DNA of 64,000 bases from the human T2T-CHM13v2.0 reference genome, Homo sapiens, in the NCBI RefSeq assembly GCF_009914755.1, contig NC_060929.1; one strand, written 5' to 3'. The notes beneath the pieces are model-generated. The model did no database searches and was not told the DNA's origin. It saw only the letters and a list, made by a program, of their open reading frames with translations. Numbering within the stretch: the first letter of the stretch is position 1; each line of letters starts with the position of its first letter. Positions 27,090 to 43,622 of this stretch are shown here, one piece after another. The translations under genes were made by a program, and so were the position numbers.

Positions 27090-28500
27090 CATTGAGTAAT
27101 ATTATATGATTCCACTTATAGGAAGTACCTATAGGGGGCAAATTATAAGAACACAAAGTTACCAGGGCTGGGGGAGAAGAGAATGAGGAGTTATTTAATG
27201 GGCACAGAGTTTCTACTCGGAATGATAGAAAATGTTCTGGAAATGGTTAGTGGTGATGGGTGCACAACATTGTAAATGTACTTAACACCACTGAATTGTA
27301 CACCTAACAATGGCTACGATGGTAAATTTTGTTATGTATATTTTACTACAATAAAAATTTAAATAAAAATAACAAATACTGAACTCTAGTTAATATGCAT
27401 TCTGAAATATTTAAAGGGATATGTACTGATATACATATGCAATTTAAAGTGTACATAAAACAACTCAAGATGGATTGATGGATGGATAGATGGATAGGTA
27501 TGTGATAAAGGAATTAAAGTATTAATGATAGAATCTGTACAAGTACTTATTATAAAATTTTTTCAACTTTTTTATATACCCAAAACTTTTTCTTATGACA
27601 TATTAGAAAGAAACTAATATCATATTAGCAAACTTTAACTGAGAAATATTTTTAAAAGAAAGAGTGGAAAGATAATTACATGTCTAGTTGAAAAGATTGT
27701 ATATTGCCAAGATTTTAATTACTCCCACATTAATTCATACATTTTACACAGTTTGGAATTTTGATTTTGAAAGTGATTCTGAATTTCATTTGAGAAATCA
27801 AGCATTAACCCCATCACAACAGAGGTATGTCATTATAATGTATTTGACATATATAGTACTATAGTTAAAACATCATGGCATTATGTAGCAATTAAAATAT
27901 CATGGAATAGAAAAGATAACCTTAATTTACATGCTAGAATACCTATGAGCTTAATAAAAGATAAAAGAAATGCTAATTCTTTGGAGAAAGATGGATTTTT
28001 AAATGAATGTTGGAATAAAATCAAATAAGAACTTTACCTCACATCATCTCCCAAATTAAATTATAAATGGGTTAAAGAGTTTATTTTTTAAAATAGAGGC
28101 AGTTACTGCTTTAGGCAGTTATGATATACACAGATTTTACTTAACACAGCATTGTGAAAAGTTGAGAATGCCAGTATGAAAAACTAGAATAATGTATAAT
28201 AAATAGTTAATTTATTTTCAGATGATGAAAACCATTCTACTAAGAGCAATCAAAGAAATCTAAAGGATAAGAATAGTATATTTGGCCACTGGAAAAAAAG
28301 CAAATTTCTATGTCTTCAAAAATGTTATAAACAACAGAAAAGAAAAATGTCAAAATTAGAAAAATACTTACAATACATCTGGCGGAAGGGTTACTATCCT
28401 TAATAGAGGCAGAGATCTTTTAAATCAGAAAACCAAAGCAAAAGCCATAAGACTTCCACATATAAGTTGTCAAAGCATCAAAAGACAAGAAACTCATAAA
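27090..28500 (+). mobile_element. L1MB 3' end (27090-27365) followed by degenerate L1M pieces
   Basis: TATATGATTCCACTTATA...CACTGAATTGTACAC...TATTTTACTACAATAAAA; A-rich ORF2-like remnants downstream. Confidence 0.65.
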
Positions 28501-28548
28501 AATCTCTCTCTCATTACTATGGAAAACTTTACACTAAAAATGAAATAC

Positions 28549-28855
<307 letters not shown>

Positions 28856-29359
28856 TTATATTCACAAAGGTTTTAAAAAACACCTTCTCTGAGATAGTTT
28901 CATTAAATATGTTTCTCTCGTTTTGCCATTAAGGGTGATGCTGTGGTGAGCATCCTTATACATCTTGCATACCCTCTGATTATTTTCTCAGGATAATTAT
29001 TCACATTGACGGTGTTTTCTTCTATTGATGATGTTTTATTCCTTATGTTGGTGGGTAAACACGTAAGAGTTGGTTACATAAATATCTTTTAAGATGTCAA
29101 AAATCATGTTGAATACATTAAAAGGTTTCTGAATGCAAAAAAAACAGAGAAAATGCATGAAAAATATACACAGTGACTGTCAACTGCATGACATGATTAT
29201 AATTGATGTCTCTTTTCTTCTTTATAATTTTTCTTAATTTTCTAAGAGTTGAAGAATCATTTACAAAACAAGAGACACTAGGTTGACAGATTTGACCTGG
29301 ATTTTATGTCAGCACCTGCTATAGTGCCTGGCATATATTTGATACTCATACACTTATTA

Positions 29360-29855
29360 AAACAACTTCATTGAGATATAATTTACACATCATACAATTC
29401 ATGCATTTAAAATGTACAATTCAGTGGTTTTTAGTATATTCACAGATATGTTCAGCCATCTTCATAGTCAATTTTAGAACATATTCTTCACCTCATAAGG
29501 AAACTCTGTCCCCTTTGGCTATCGCTTCCCTATCCCCCCGTCTTCCACAGCCCTAAGTAAACACTAATCTATTTTCTGTCTCTACAGATTTGCCTATTCT
29601 GGTCATTACATTTAAATAGAATTATATAATATGTGATATTTTGTGGCTGGCTTCTTCCACTTACCTTAATGTTTTCAACATTCATCCATGTTGTAGCATA
29701 TATCAATATTTCATTCTTTTTTGTGGCTGAATTTTATTCCATTGTATGAATATACAACATATTATCTATTTATCATCAGATGATTTATGTTTGGTTCTTT
29801 TTTACCTTTTGTATACCATGAACAATTCTGCCATAAACCTTTGTGTAAAAGTTAA
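29360..29855 (-). mobile_element. L1MB 3' end
   Basis: TTGAGATATAATTTACA...TTTAAAATGTACAATTCAGTGGTTTTTAGTATATTCACAG. Confidence 0.8.
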
Positions 29856-32608
29856 AAAATAAAAATATACAAAAATAAAAGCTTATTTTAAATCATTTCT
29901 TTTGCTGATGTTGTCATATAAGGAATTATATCTGTCATTTAAACCATGAAGTTAACATAGATTATTAGCCTGGTTGTTTAACTTTAGAAGTAGTAGTTGG
30001 AGCCCTAATGTATTAGTTAGACATAATAATATGATACAATAAAGTTATTTATTTCAATCAGGTTATTACTAGAGACCACATTTTAGAGGTTAGTTTCAGT
30101 TATTTTGAAATAACAAAAATGATTGTGTACATCTTTCAAGAAAGGTGAAGGAATTAAATTACTTTTGCCTGGAAGGAAAAAACCTGAAAGGTGACCTGGA
30201 TATGAATCTGTAAGGATACAAGAGTTAACGTAAAGAGGATAGTGGCCTCATTTTACCTATGGTCATGTAACAATTCAGTAGAGGTTGTGGTGGACTCTTC
30301 ATTGGCAGTTTTGAAAGAGCCAGGGTACTGCAGCTGCATTTGCTGCCAAACTGGAATTCAGACACACTCTACTTCTGCCAGACTACCAGAACATCAGCTA
30401 AGTCCTTCCAACTTCCACAGAAATGGAGATGGGACAGAATGAGCCAAAGAGAAGGGACTGGTATCCATCCTAATCTGATGCTAAAACTTCCATCTCTCAG
30501 TCCCTTAGAAGAGCCCTGTTATTCCTCAATTCCCTTTGGGAGGAGAAACCCTAGATTCCCCACACCTTGGAGTTATTCTCTCTCCAACCTAGTTCTCTCC
30601 CCATTTCTATCAGGGGTAAAAGACTTACCTACACCACCGTTTTGAAAGTGCAATTTTTATTTTTAGTCACCTGTCTTACTTTAAGCCTGGCAACACATGC
30701 TATTTATTTCCCATCTTCACTAAGAAAGTGAAATGAAATTGCTCCAAAGAGAAATTTGAAATATATATAAATAAGAATGTCCTGACTTGTTGGATGCTAG
30801 AACAGGTTATTGAGAGGAATTGTAGAATGTTCTTTCAGAACCAACCTCAGAAAAAAACACAAACTCCCTAGCAGAAGACTCTGAATTTCCCTCATCACCC
30901 TCTGATGTATCAGAATTTCAAAAATTAGATAGAAAACTCAAGAGTTCTAATGCCTCAATCCCCAATGCCAGCTGATGGTGTTATTTTGTACTCCTTTGTT
31001 TGTTCAATTGATTATTTTATTAACATATCCTAAGGGCGTAGACACTTTAGACCTAGATTTTATTATCAGTGTTAAACTGAGACCAACAGCACTGAATTCC
31101 TGTTAGGGTCTTCTGGAAAGACTGTCCACAACTCCTTATTTGCAAAAAAAAAAAAAAAAAATCAGTAAACTTCCATTCATTTGTACATTGGACCACTTCT
31201 TTCTTCTCTCAGCTGACATTGTTTTTCCTATAATTATGCCTTATTAAAGCAATGTCTATCTTTGCTTATCTACTGGTTCCTTCCTTCTTTTTCAAACATG
31301 TCCTTTTGCACACACAGATCAGAACCTGCCATTCTGTGGGTATCACTCTGTCTCCTTCTTGCCCTTGTACTTGTGATCTCCGCCTGCTTCTTCCACTTTG
31401 CATCCTTATTGCTCACTTCTAATTTGGGTTTAGCTTCTTTTATTATTGAAAATACACAACTTTCCACAATGACCTCTTCCTGGCAAAAGATATTTTTCTA
31501 AATCCTCTTCTGCTTGATAGCTCTGGGGCAAATACAGCTCACTCCTTGAAAGTGACTCTGCCCTTTGCTTCTGGGTCACTGTATTCAGTGGATTCTTCCT
31601 GTCTTTCTCAGGCAGTCCCCGCTCCATCTCCACTGACTCATTACCGCATTCCACCTCCTATCTGTTGACATGCCTCAGGACTTAATCCTCACCCTCTGCC
31701 TTTTTTCCTCTCTGTACTACTCCTTCCTGGAAACACATTCATGCTCAAGATGTCATTGAACACTTTTTGTTTCTGACTTCACAATTTACATCTCTAGACC
31801 CAACCTGTCACCTAGTCTAATATTTTCAGTTGTCCAGTTCTGTCAGGGAAAGCTCCATTTTTATAATTTCTCAGATTAGGAAATTCAAATTCATCTTTTA
31901 CTCTTTTATCTCATCCCTGTTCTATGTTTCCTAATTGGTGCAATTTATAAACTCACTCTTTCAAAGGTGGGCTGCATCCACTCAAGGCTACTGATGTGAG
32001 TAGGAGTTTGAGAGTCATAGTGGGTGGGAGGGTAGCATATGAGTGTGGGGAGTAGGGTGAGGGGGATGGATGGAAGCATTACCAAGTGTGATCCCATAGA
32101 TATTCTCTGCTAAATCAAAATCAGTGAAAGCCTGTGAAGAGGAACTAGAAGGCTGAGAGATAAAAATATAGCATTGAAATAAAAAAAAATCAAGTTGGAA
32201 CAAATTCAAAAGCTTAATGATGTTAAACTGGTCTTTCAACTGGCCAGTATGTAGGGAAATGGGTACTTTCATACATAGCCAGCATGAATGTAATTTGATA
32301 CAACCATATTGGAAAGAAATTTCAGAATATCTCTTAAAAATGTAAATGCACATACTCTATGACCCAGCAATTTCACTTCTTTATATATACTTATGAAATA
32401 TTGTATATACTCTCATATGAAGAAAAGAGCATGCTTAAGCATTTCATTGCAGTCTTGTTAATAATATTAAAACATTGGAAATCTAAATGTCCCAACTGGG
32501 GAATGGTTTAGTAAGTTATGATGTCTATTATTCTGGAATATTATGCAGAAGTACAAGATCGAGGTAGATGTCTATTAATATAGAAGCCTCTCCAAAGACT
32601 TAGTGTTA

Positions 32609-32998
<390 letters not shown>

Positions 32999-34854
32999 CT
33001 ACATGTTTTTTCAGGAAGATATAAGTATACAATTATGTAACAGAAAATCTACATATAAAACCTTCCAGAAAGATTATTTTGGGGGAGCCAGGAGAGTACT
33101 GAGGCTGGAATGGTGCTCAAAAGGGACTTTATCCTTATCTGCAATTCAGTTGTTTTAAAACAAGGAAAAATATATATATGCATTAATTGTGTGGTTATTA
33201 GAGAGAGAGAGAGAAAAAAAAGCACAAAGAGGACTCAGATAATGAAGCAAAGGTAGAAAATGGAAGGCCAGAAATGAACCAGGGCACAGATGGGTCAAAG
33301 GACAGTTAAGGAACTGGTTCTGCAGACACATCCTGTCCACTGCAGTGTTCCTTCAACGTGTGTTTTAGCATATTTGGCAGGCCCAGAAGTGTCCTTAAAA
33401 GAACCAGGTTTTATTGGAAGAGTAGCCACTGCAGAAAGAGATGGTGAGGCCAGCAGAAGGAAACAGGGTAAGCAAAGCACAGGCTGACTAGTGTCTGGAT
33501 ATAGTGTAATGCAGGTTAGATTTAGGCCAGAGCTGTGGTTGGCTAGAAAGAATTCTAGTCAAATAGGTAAGAGGTCTCAGTAGAATTCATAGACAAAGTA
33601 GGCTGGAGGGCTTGACTAATGGGTATATGTCCTGGGTACATATCAGGTAGGAAGGAGTCTATAGAGTCAGGGCTAAATTCAAATTTCAGGGACCATTGTC
33701 AATGAGTTTTGTCATTTCCATGGGAAATTAAAATACCTGTTGCCTTTTACCTTAGCTAGTTCAGATTTTTTTCTAGTCAGTCCTGTGTTGAGATAATGTT
33801 CTGACCCTAAAACCCTCTGAAATTTCTCCCTGATTCTGACTCTCCTCCCAGCAGTCACATTCCTCTTCCACTTGGATTATTATAATAGCTCAGTAGATGG
33901 ATTCACTGTCTCTTCATTCCAATGCATTCTACATATCACTGCCAAATCAGTTTTCTTAAAACATCACATGCCTCATTAGTTCACTTGAGAAATGGCAGTG
34001 GTCCTCTTTTGCCAATGGTCTATCCCAAACCAGCATCAGAATCAAACTCCTCTGTTTTACTCTAAAGGCTCTAAGTAATGTTAACCATGCCATTCTTAGT
34101 TACCATTAACTTCCACTCTACCCATAACTTCCATCAACATTTTCTCAAAACACTGGAGTTCAGCCTCCAGGTTCACTTCTGCAAAGCTGTAGTAAGTCAA
34201 TAGTAGACATGAGATAAGTCCTTTGGGTATATCTATTCCCAGTGCAGCCTCAAATCATGTACATTATTGTCATCCAAAGAAAATTGTTAGGTTTTCTCTG
34301 CTGCTAATGTACTGTCCTTCTTCCTTTCCTAAACCAAAGGAACCAGATCATTTGTCCTGCTTTTGTGACCTCACCCACAACACTTTCACAATGGCCTCTC
34401 CTATTTATCTTCAATTCAGGTCTGACTCTTCATGCCCTCCATTCTTTACTCCCTTACTCCTGCTCTTAGCCAACCACTGAAAAGCTGTCCCACACTCCTC
34501 CACCTATCCCAATCCTGTATACATATACATCAATGCCTATCTCAGGTTCCATCTCTATCATGTAGCCTTTTCTAGTAACCTCAGCATACAGAGATTGATC
34601 TCATCTCTAAATTCCTGCAGTATTTATATGTAGCAGAAAGTAACACTATTACATATTTTATTGTTCTTAGTGGTTTCTTGTCTGTATATTTTATCTCCCA
34701 GGTATAAGTGCCTTAAAAAGAATTATATCTTTACTCTTATTATATCTTCTCTTTGTCATTAATGTAGTACCTTGCTCATAGTAAACATTCAATAAGTATT
34801 AGATGGATTGATTTGATGTATCCTATACTTTTTCACAATTATTCTTTACATATT

Positions 34855-35480
34855 ATATTAATCAAGACTCTTTTGGTTGCAAGTGGTAGTAATCCAAATA
34901 AAACTGACTTAATTTGAAAGGAAATTTTTTGGTCCACCTAAATGAAATTGCAGGTATAGTTTGACTTAAGGCAGAGATGGATCTACAAACTCAAATAATA
35001 TAATTAAGAATCAATATCTCTCCATCTCTCCATTCTGATCCTCTGGGTTAGATCTCAGGCAGTCTGTTGACTATGAATGGCAAAAATGGCCACCAGAAAT
35101 TCCAGCTTTCATCTTACCAGTTTACCAACCCAATGGAAAGAAAAAAAACTAAATATTAGGTTGAAATATATAAAATTGCTATTTATCTAGGTCAAAATGG
35201 TTGAATAATGGCAATTTCATATCTTTCAACCTAATAGTTCCAGAAAAAGTCCCAATGCTAAAGTTCTTTGGTCCAACTTAGATTTCATAACCATTATTAA
35301 ACCAGTCATTGTGGCCACTGAGATACAGTATTTGTATTGGTCAGTCCTGAATCATATGCCCATGCACAGAGCCATGTGGGCAAAAAGTGAGAGAGGACTG
35401 ATTTCTCATAGGAAATTTAAGGTGCTATCATCAGAAAAGGGAGAATAAAAATTGAGCAAGCAAAACACTAGATGCCCATT
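34855..35480. mobile_element. Ancient MaLR LTR (MLT1K/L-type)
   Basis: ATCAAGACTCTTTTGGTTGCAAGTG...AAACTGACTTAA start and ATTGGTCAGTCCTGAATCATATGCCC internal motif. Confidence 0.55.
35156..35234. mobile_element. MADE2 mariner-derived MITE
   Basis: 79 bp element with TIRs TTAGGTTGAA...TTCAACCTAA and TA duplicated on both sides. Confidence 0.88.
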
Positions 35481-35499
35481 ATGCACACAAGAAACACTC

Positions 35500-35676
35500 C
35501 AAGGTTGAAATTTACCGTGAATTTCATGAAGCCTAAACTTCAGGGAACCTCACTTGCATAAGCTCCTTCTAAGACAATGTATCTCATCTTGTATTTAAAT
35601 TTTTGTGTTCTTTTTCTTTAAGAGGGGCTCCCAAATTGTATAAGCTTCAAGACCAACAAAACCTGGATCTGTCCCT
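35500..35676 (+). mobile_element. MER53 DNA transposon fossil
   Basis: ATTTACCGTGAA...CTTCAGGG..CCTCACTTGCA...CCCAAATTGTATAAGCTTCA...ACAAAACCTGGATC. Confidence 0.75.
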
Positions 35677-37233
35677 AACAAGAATACCCAAAAATATTTG
35701 TGAAATTAATAAATAAATGTTCCCAACATATTGCACCCTCTTATGCTTTTAGCAGAAAGAAACCATCTGTTAGATAGTTTATTCACTAAGTTCTTCAGAA
35801 TAACTTTATCTCTTATCTTTTGACACTAACAAAAAAATAACTTGATCATGCCCTTCAGATCTCCCTAGCTTCTGGAATTCAGAATCTTAATGTATTTTTC
35901 TCTGCCTCTATCAGAGACCCACTCATGTAAGGGCCCCCCCTTTTTTTCACTTCTCTGAACTTTATTCCCAGATGAAACCTGCCTCCTACTATCACCTCTC
36001 ATGAGAGGCCAATCCATTATGAAGTGTTCATTTCTGGGTCCCACTACGGTTCCCTACAGAACCAATTTGAAGAAACTCAGCAATTGCTCATATTCATTCT
36101 AAACTGATGTTCTCTGATGTTTTTTAAAATTTCAAATCAAAATGAATTCTCAAAACTATCACAGAGAGAACACAAAATGTAAGGTATATCTTATATTGGA
36201 GTGAATCTAGGATGTGACTCTTGTCAAAGCCATATACCTATAGGTGACCAATGATCAGGCATGTGCCAAAATCGGGTCTGGGTAATCAAAATATGTGCCT
36301 GTTGTTGAGATTTCCAACTACACTTTACCCTTCTACTTGGCAGTCAGACAGCCTCAGGAATGTAAATTCATGCAGTTTTGAATGTGGGGGAAGGTTAGGA
36401 AACTAAGCCTGCCTGCTGCTATTCTGATTACAGCATTTGTCGCTGGCTGGGAGAGACAGCTCTGAGATTGATGCTATTTTTCTCCCTTCTCAGGAAAATG
36501 GCTTGGGCTGTGTATCAGGGAAGGCCAAGGGGCACCTACGAGTGAAATTTCCGCTTAATCCCCCAGCAGGTTCCCAAGTCAGTAGTCTTTCAGACGTGGC
36601 ATTGCATTTGACCTATTCATTCCATCCCCCACCCCTGCCCCCCAGCTCCTGCAAGAAATATGGCATAGAAATAGGGCAGTGCAATTATATTGCCTTTTTT
36701 TCTTTTAATTTGTTGAAATTGTCTCTAGGCAGAAGAAGGGAGGTGGGGGTTAGAAACCAGATGGTTGTAACTGGAGTAGAAACCTACTACTGAGTAGGTT
36801 TAAGACGCTCAAATCTGGTAGAAGTGGCTATTTCCTCACAGGAAAAGGGGATGAATCAACAGAGCCATGGAAAAAGATTTCCAGCAGACTGATCTCCAGT
36901 GTCCTATCCTCTTCAACCCATGTGCACACACATGTAAAAGGTAGCCCCTTTTCCCTTAGTTCTCCAAAGCACCACCAACAATGGGTTATAGCAGACTTTT
37001 CCTGAAAGTTGGGTGGAGAGTGCAGGGGTAAGCTAGTGACAGTGAAAGAGGTTTATAACACAGGACTTAAACCATCTACAAATGAATATTATCGATCCTT
37101 CTTTAAAGCCCCTCAGTCTCTCTGTTATCTTCCTCTTCATCATCCCAAGCATCCTCACCCCTCACAAAACCCCAGGCACCTGATGTGTTTTTCTGCTTCT
37201 CTCTTTACACGCGTTAAGTAGAAAGAAAATTGG

Positions 37234-37606
37234 GGCTGGGCACAGAGCCTCATGCCTGCAATCCCAGCACTTTGGGAGGCTGAGGCAGGCAGATCACCTG
37301 AGGTCAGGAGTTTGAGACCAGCCTGGCCAACATTGTGAAACCTTGTCTCTACTAAAAATACAAAAGTTAGCCGGGTGTGGTGGCACGTGCCTGTGGTCCA
37401 CTCAGCTCAGGTTGTAGGAAGGGGTTCCTACAACCTCCTTCTCAGATTTGGTAATTCACTAGAATGACACAGCACTCAGGAAAGAGCTTTTCTTACTATT
37501 ACCAGTCTATTCTAAAGAATACAACTCAGGAGCGGCCAACTCAGGCATGTCTGTGGAACTACTCAGAAGTCTGCACTACAGCCTGGGAAACAGAGTGAGA
37601 CTCCGT
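37234..37606 (+). mobile_element. AluSx-like element with right arm interrupted by a foreign insert (37401-37570)
   Basis: Left arm with CACCTGAGGTCAGGAG; right arm stops at CCTGTGGTCC and resumes at CTGCACTACAGCCTGGG. Confidence 0.9.
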
Positions 37607-37780
37607 AGAATGAACGAATGAACAAAAGAATGAAAGAAAGAGAGAGAGAAGGAAGAGAGAGAGGAAGGAAGGAAGGAAAAAAGGAAGGAAGGAAGGAAGG
37701 AAGGAAGGAAGGAAGGAAGGAAGGAAGGAGGGAAGGAAGGAAGGAAAAAAAGGAGGGAGGGAGGAAGGGAGGGGAGGTAA
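37607..37780. repeat. Purine-rich microsatellite (GAAT/GAAA/GA/GGAA)n derived from the Alu tail
   Basis: 11 consecutive GGAA at 37683-37726, with runs of 4 on each side. Confidence 0.95.
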
Positions 37781-38006
37781 TTGAGATTGCAGGAAAGAGA
37801 AAGGGTCAGGGAGCTGACTAAGCACTAACCTGTTATCTTCTTATATTTGGGGAGATTCAACCAGCAGAAGAGCCCTTTCTCTCAGTCTCTGGGACATCTA
37901 AACACCTGGAGGATAGCAGCACACCAAGGTCTGGGCCTGAGAGCTGATGCCTCCTTTCTCTAGTCTTTGATAGGGAAAACTCACTCTCAAGCTTGTGTGA
38001 AGTTCT

Positions 38007-38285
38007 GGTCAGGCGCGGTGGCTCACACCTGTAATCCCAGCACTTTGGCAGGTGAAGGTGTGTGGATTACTTGAGCTCAGGAGTTCAAGACCAGCCTGGG
38101 CAACATGGCAAAACTCTGTCTTTACAAAATATTAGGTGGCATGTGCCTGTAGTCTCAACTACTTGGGAGGCTGAAGTGGGAGGATCACCTGAGCCCAGGA
38201 AGTTGAGGCTGAAGTGAGCTCTCATGGTGTCACTAAATTCCAATCTGGGTGACGGAGCAAGACCCTGACTCAGAAAAAAAAAAAA
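38007..38285 (+). mobile_element. AluJ
   Basis: GGTCAGGCGCGGTGGCTCAC...ACTTGAGCTCAGGAGTTCAAG...poly(A). Confidence 0.9.
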
Positions 38286-38316
38286 TGTAGCCAAATATCC
38301 ACTCAGTGATCCATCT

Positions 38317-39062
38317 GTTAGGTTTTTTTTCCTTCCCACCCAAATACATGATGTCTTTTCCAATAGCACTTCTCCAACTCTCTAACACCAATTAGGTGGC
38401 CTACAACTCATTTCTGGCACTAACTACCCAGAGTTAACGTCAGATTTACAGGTTTAAGGGCTCAGTCCCACAAGACTGCCCTCATCTCAGAGGCCAGTCA
38501 CAAGTATGGGATCCACAGGTTACCAACTCTTCTCTCCATCTTGGCGACAAATTCAGGGGTTCCTATAACCACCTTCTCAGATTTGGTAATTCACTAGAAT
38601 GACTCACAGCACTCAGGAAAGAGCTTTACTTACTATTAGCAGTCTATTCTAAAGGATACAACTGAGGAGCAGCCAACTGGAAGAGAAACATAGGGCAAGG
38701 TATGGGAAAAGGACATGGAACTTCCATGCTCTTTCCTGGTGTACCACCCTTCCAGCACCTAGATGTCTTCCACAACCCAGAAGCTCCCCACACTCTATTG
38801 TTGTTTAGGAGTTTTACAGAGGTTTCTTTATGTAGGCATGATTGATTAAATAATTGGCCATTGGTGAGGAACGCAGTCACTAGCTCCTCTCCTATCCCCT
38901 GAGATTGGGGGATGAGGCTGAAAGTTGCAAGCAACTAATCAAGGCTTGGTCTTTCTGGTGACAAGATGGCTTATCATAATAACTCAGGCAATTTCTAAGG
39001 GTTTTAGGAGTTCTGCCCTAGGGACTGGGGACAAAGACCAAATAACTCTCTTATTATAGTAC
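38317..39062 (-). mobile_element. MER21-family LTR
   Basis: CACTAACTACCCAGAGTTA...AAGGGCTCAGTCCCACAAGACTGCCC...GGGGACAAAGACCAAAT..TCTTATTATA. Confidence 0.8.
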
Positions 39063-40009
39063 CCCATTATATTTACTTGTCTTGTAGAAAAGGTTGTAAA
39101 GCCACCCTCCTTAGGATATTAACCTTCCTGGCTATTTCAGGCTTTCTCTTTCTATGTACTCTCCATATCCCTTTAACAGACTGACCAGGAACCTCTAATC
39201 TGTTCTTATTAGGATTACTAATACATAACTAGTTTTCCTATGGGAGACCCCTTTATCTCCCTCTCCAAACAAATCATTCAGGAGAACAAGCATCCTTAGA
39301 GCCTTAGAGTTGAATGCCACAACACTCTCTCTTCCTCCCAGAAGAACCTTAGGAAGATGTCAGTGGGAAGGGTGAACTTAAATGGCTGAGGGCCTCACCC
39401 CCACTCCTTTCACACAAGAATCATCCCCGATTTTCTGGGCCACCTCTGTTGGCCTCTGGGTTACTGATATCCCATAAGTGAGAAGAAGGTCATTTTGAGT
39501 GTCCAGGGAGATCTCTTGGCTCTTATTTGTTCAAGTCTCCGGAAGGGAACTCTAGGAGCTGAGTCCTGAGACCCTGCAATGCAAGACCAAGAGCTTTACT
39601 ACTTGAAATGGGATGGGGATGAGGCCCAATCTGAGTGAATGCCTCTGTGCATTCTGCCTCACTGGCTCTCCTCTTTCCCCCTCCATGAACAAGGACAAAA
39701 TAAAAACAAAACAACTCAGGGAAACAAAGCTCTCCTTTTAGGTTATCAAGAGGTCTTCCATTTGGAGCAAAACCTCACTCCCTCCTGTGGCCCCTGTCTC
39801 AGTCTCAGTTGGTGAGGGCCTCAAGCCCACACTGGCTTATTTGAAATCCATGTTTAGGTCCCAGCATGTGGCATGTGCTCCACTCTGATGACACTTTTCG
39901 TTTCTAATAATAGAGCAGATGAAGTAATATTGCAATTGATGTTCCCGGGGATTTGATTGGATAAGTGCATAAACTGTGGAGGGGGAAGGGGGTTGCATGG
40001 ACAGATCAC

Positions 40010-41400
<1,391 letters not shown>

Positions 41401-41750
41401 CCATGTCCTAGCAGTAGGAGAGGGGACCGTCTATGTAGGAGTCCCCAGCATCATTCTCTGTTGGCCTGGGAGTGGCATGGTAGCGCTCCAAATATGCTCT
41501 CTTGCTCTTCAGAAACTGAGTCTGAAAGGGTGAGGGGAAGTAGGTCTGGAAATAGAGCTTCCATGGCCAGGCTTGCCTATGAAAATAAATACTTGCCTTG
41601 GACAAAGAGACTTGCCATTTTGGTGCCTTCTGCTTTAAACAATTCCTAGGTTCCTTAGCTGGAGATCTGGGGAGCTGACTCAGGGGTCAGTGAAAGCCCC
41701 TGTTTATGTACTCCGAAACAGGAAACTTTCTGATGAGAAATGTTTGGTAA

Positions 41751-41945
<195 letters not shown>

Positions 41946-43622
41946 TAGGAGACTCGGCATTATTTGGTAATCCATATACATGATGCATGGATGCTGACAG
42001 AATTTTATGGTAGTCAAGTCCTCAGACATGATCTCCACATATTTGAGATTTTAACCTTAAGATCGAAATTCTCTAGAGAGCTATACACAAACTATAGGCC
42101 AAACCATAATTTGAAGGCTGTGTCATTCTTGCATATATGTATATATATTTAGAAGATTTGGATCAAATGATTTTTTAAAAACTTAATTTTCAATACTCTG
42201 GCCACATTCTGGAATTTGGAGCATAAGATTTGGGGTGGATGGCTGGACATCAAACTGAAGTTAAATCATCTTGCCTCAAAATTATTTTGTCATCTGCTGC
42301 TGAACAAAAGGCCTGTGCTGTAGAGAAAAACTCTTTCCCAAATCCCAGATTTACTAAACTATTTATACCATGAGATAAATTCCTATGATACCGCCTAAAA
42401 TAAAATCCCTAAAATAAGGTCTTAGATATAAATTACTCTCTTCACTGTGGTGATAGGAAGGGGTAAGTTTTAGCATAAGAACAGTTTTTAAAGATTGGGG
42501 AAATTCACATATCTCAATAAACCTAACATGATTTTGTCCCCCAAATTTTTATTTATTTTCATCAGATTTATCGTTTTTCTAGCCTGTATTAGGAGATAAT
42601 TCAGTATGTGAAAACTTCTCTCTTGGGACCCTACCTACACTTTCTTTCATCTCTTAATATTGGGGAAAAAGTTAGCCATGGATTTTGTTAACAGTTCCTA
42701 TTTTCAAGATAAGTACTTAGAGCAAGGAAACACAGGAATCCTTATACAAATACATCAATACATTAATTTAAGTGCTTTGTTCAGTCTGGATATAGTATTT
42801 ACCTGTTTATCTATGTGAGTATAGCTTTATCGCAGCAGAAGTTCAAATTAGACTCACCTGATAATGTTACAAGCTGATCACTTGTAGGAAGTATATCTAA
42901 TTTACCTATTTGAAAGAATCACTGTTTGCCATCTTTAATTCCAATAATATGTATAGTGATTATAAAGTTTATAAAGATTGGAAAGCCATATACTGCCTCT
43001 GTTAATAATTACTTTACATTTGACCACAGGCATTTTATATCATGAAAAATGATATGCTGTACTCATCTCCTTGAAGAGAGGGATAAACAAAATATGTTAT
43101 AACCATATTTTATTTAGTAAAAATATTGAGAAGCCTTATCCTTTTCTGTTTTAACTCTTATACTATTCTTAACAAGAAGTAAATCCGGGAAATGGAGGGG
43201 AATTAAGTGGTTCAGGAGTTTGGTGAAGAAATACAGCTGTGATAAATCTCAGACAAGGAGAGAGACAGAAAAAAAAAATCAGAAATGTGAAGGAGCACTG
43301 GTAAATTTAGAAGTACAGATAAACAGTAATTCAAAAGGAAAAGCAGATTTAGGACAGGAAATTTTCTCTCAAGGCTAAGGAGTAGCAACTCTGTAAACTT
43401 TGTGTCCTAGATTATAGGATGGGATTGCATTTAGGATCCCTCTGAGTTGGAACTCAAAATGAGAACATGTTCTAATCAGAGATGGTGGGCTGGAGGAATG
43501 AACAAGGAGTTCGATTCAGTCTATTTTGCGACACACACAAAATTCAGGGTCTTCTGAAGGTTCAGGAAAGAAAAGGTCTGAAACTATTGACTAAAAGTTG
43601 AGTTTGGAGGATTTCAGGTGGA

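Noticed and set aside
37559-37825. Low-complexity ORFs (EGRK/LPSF repeats)
   Set aside because: Translation of the GGAA microsatellite.
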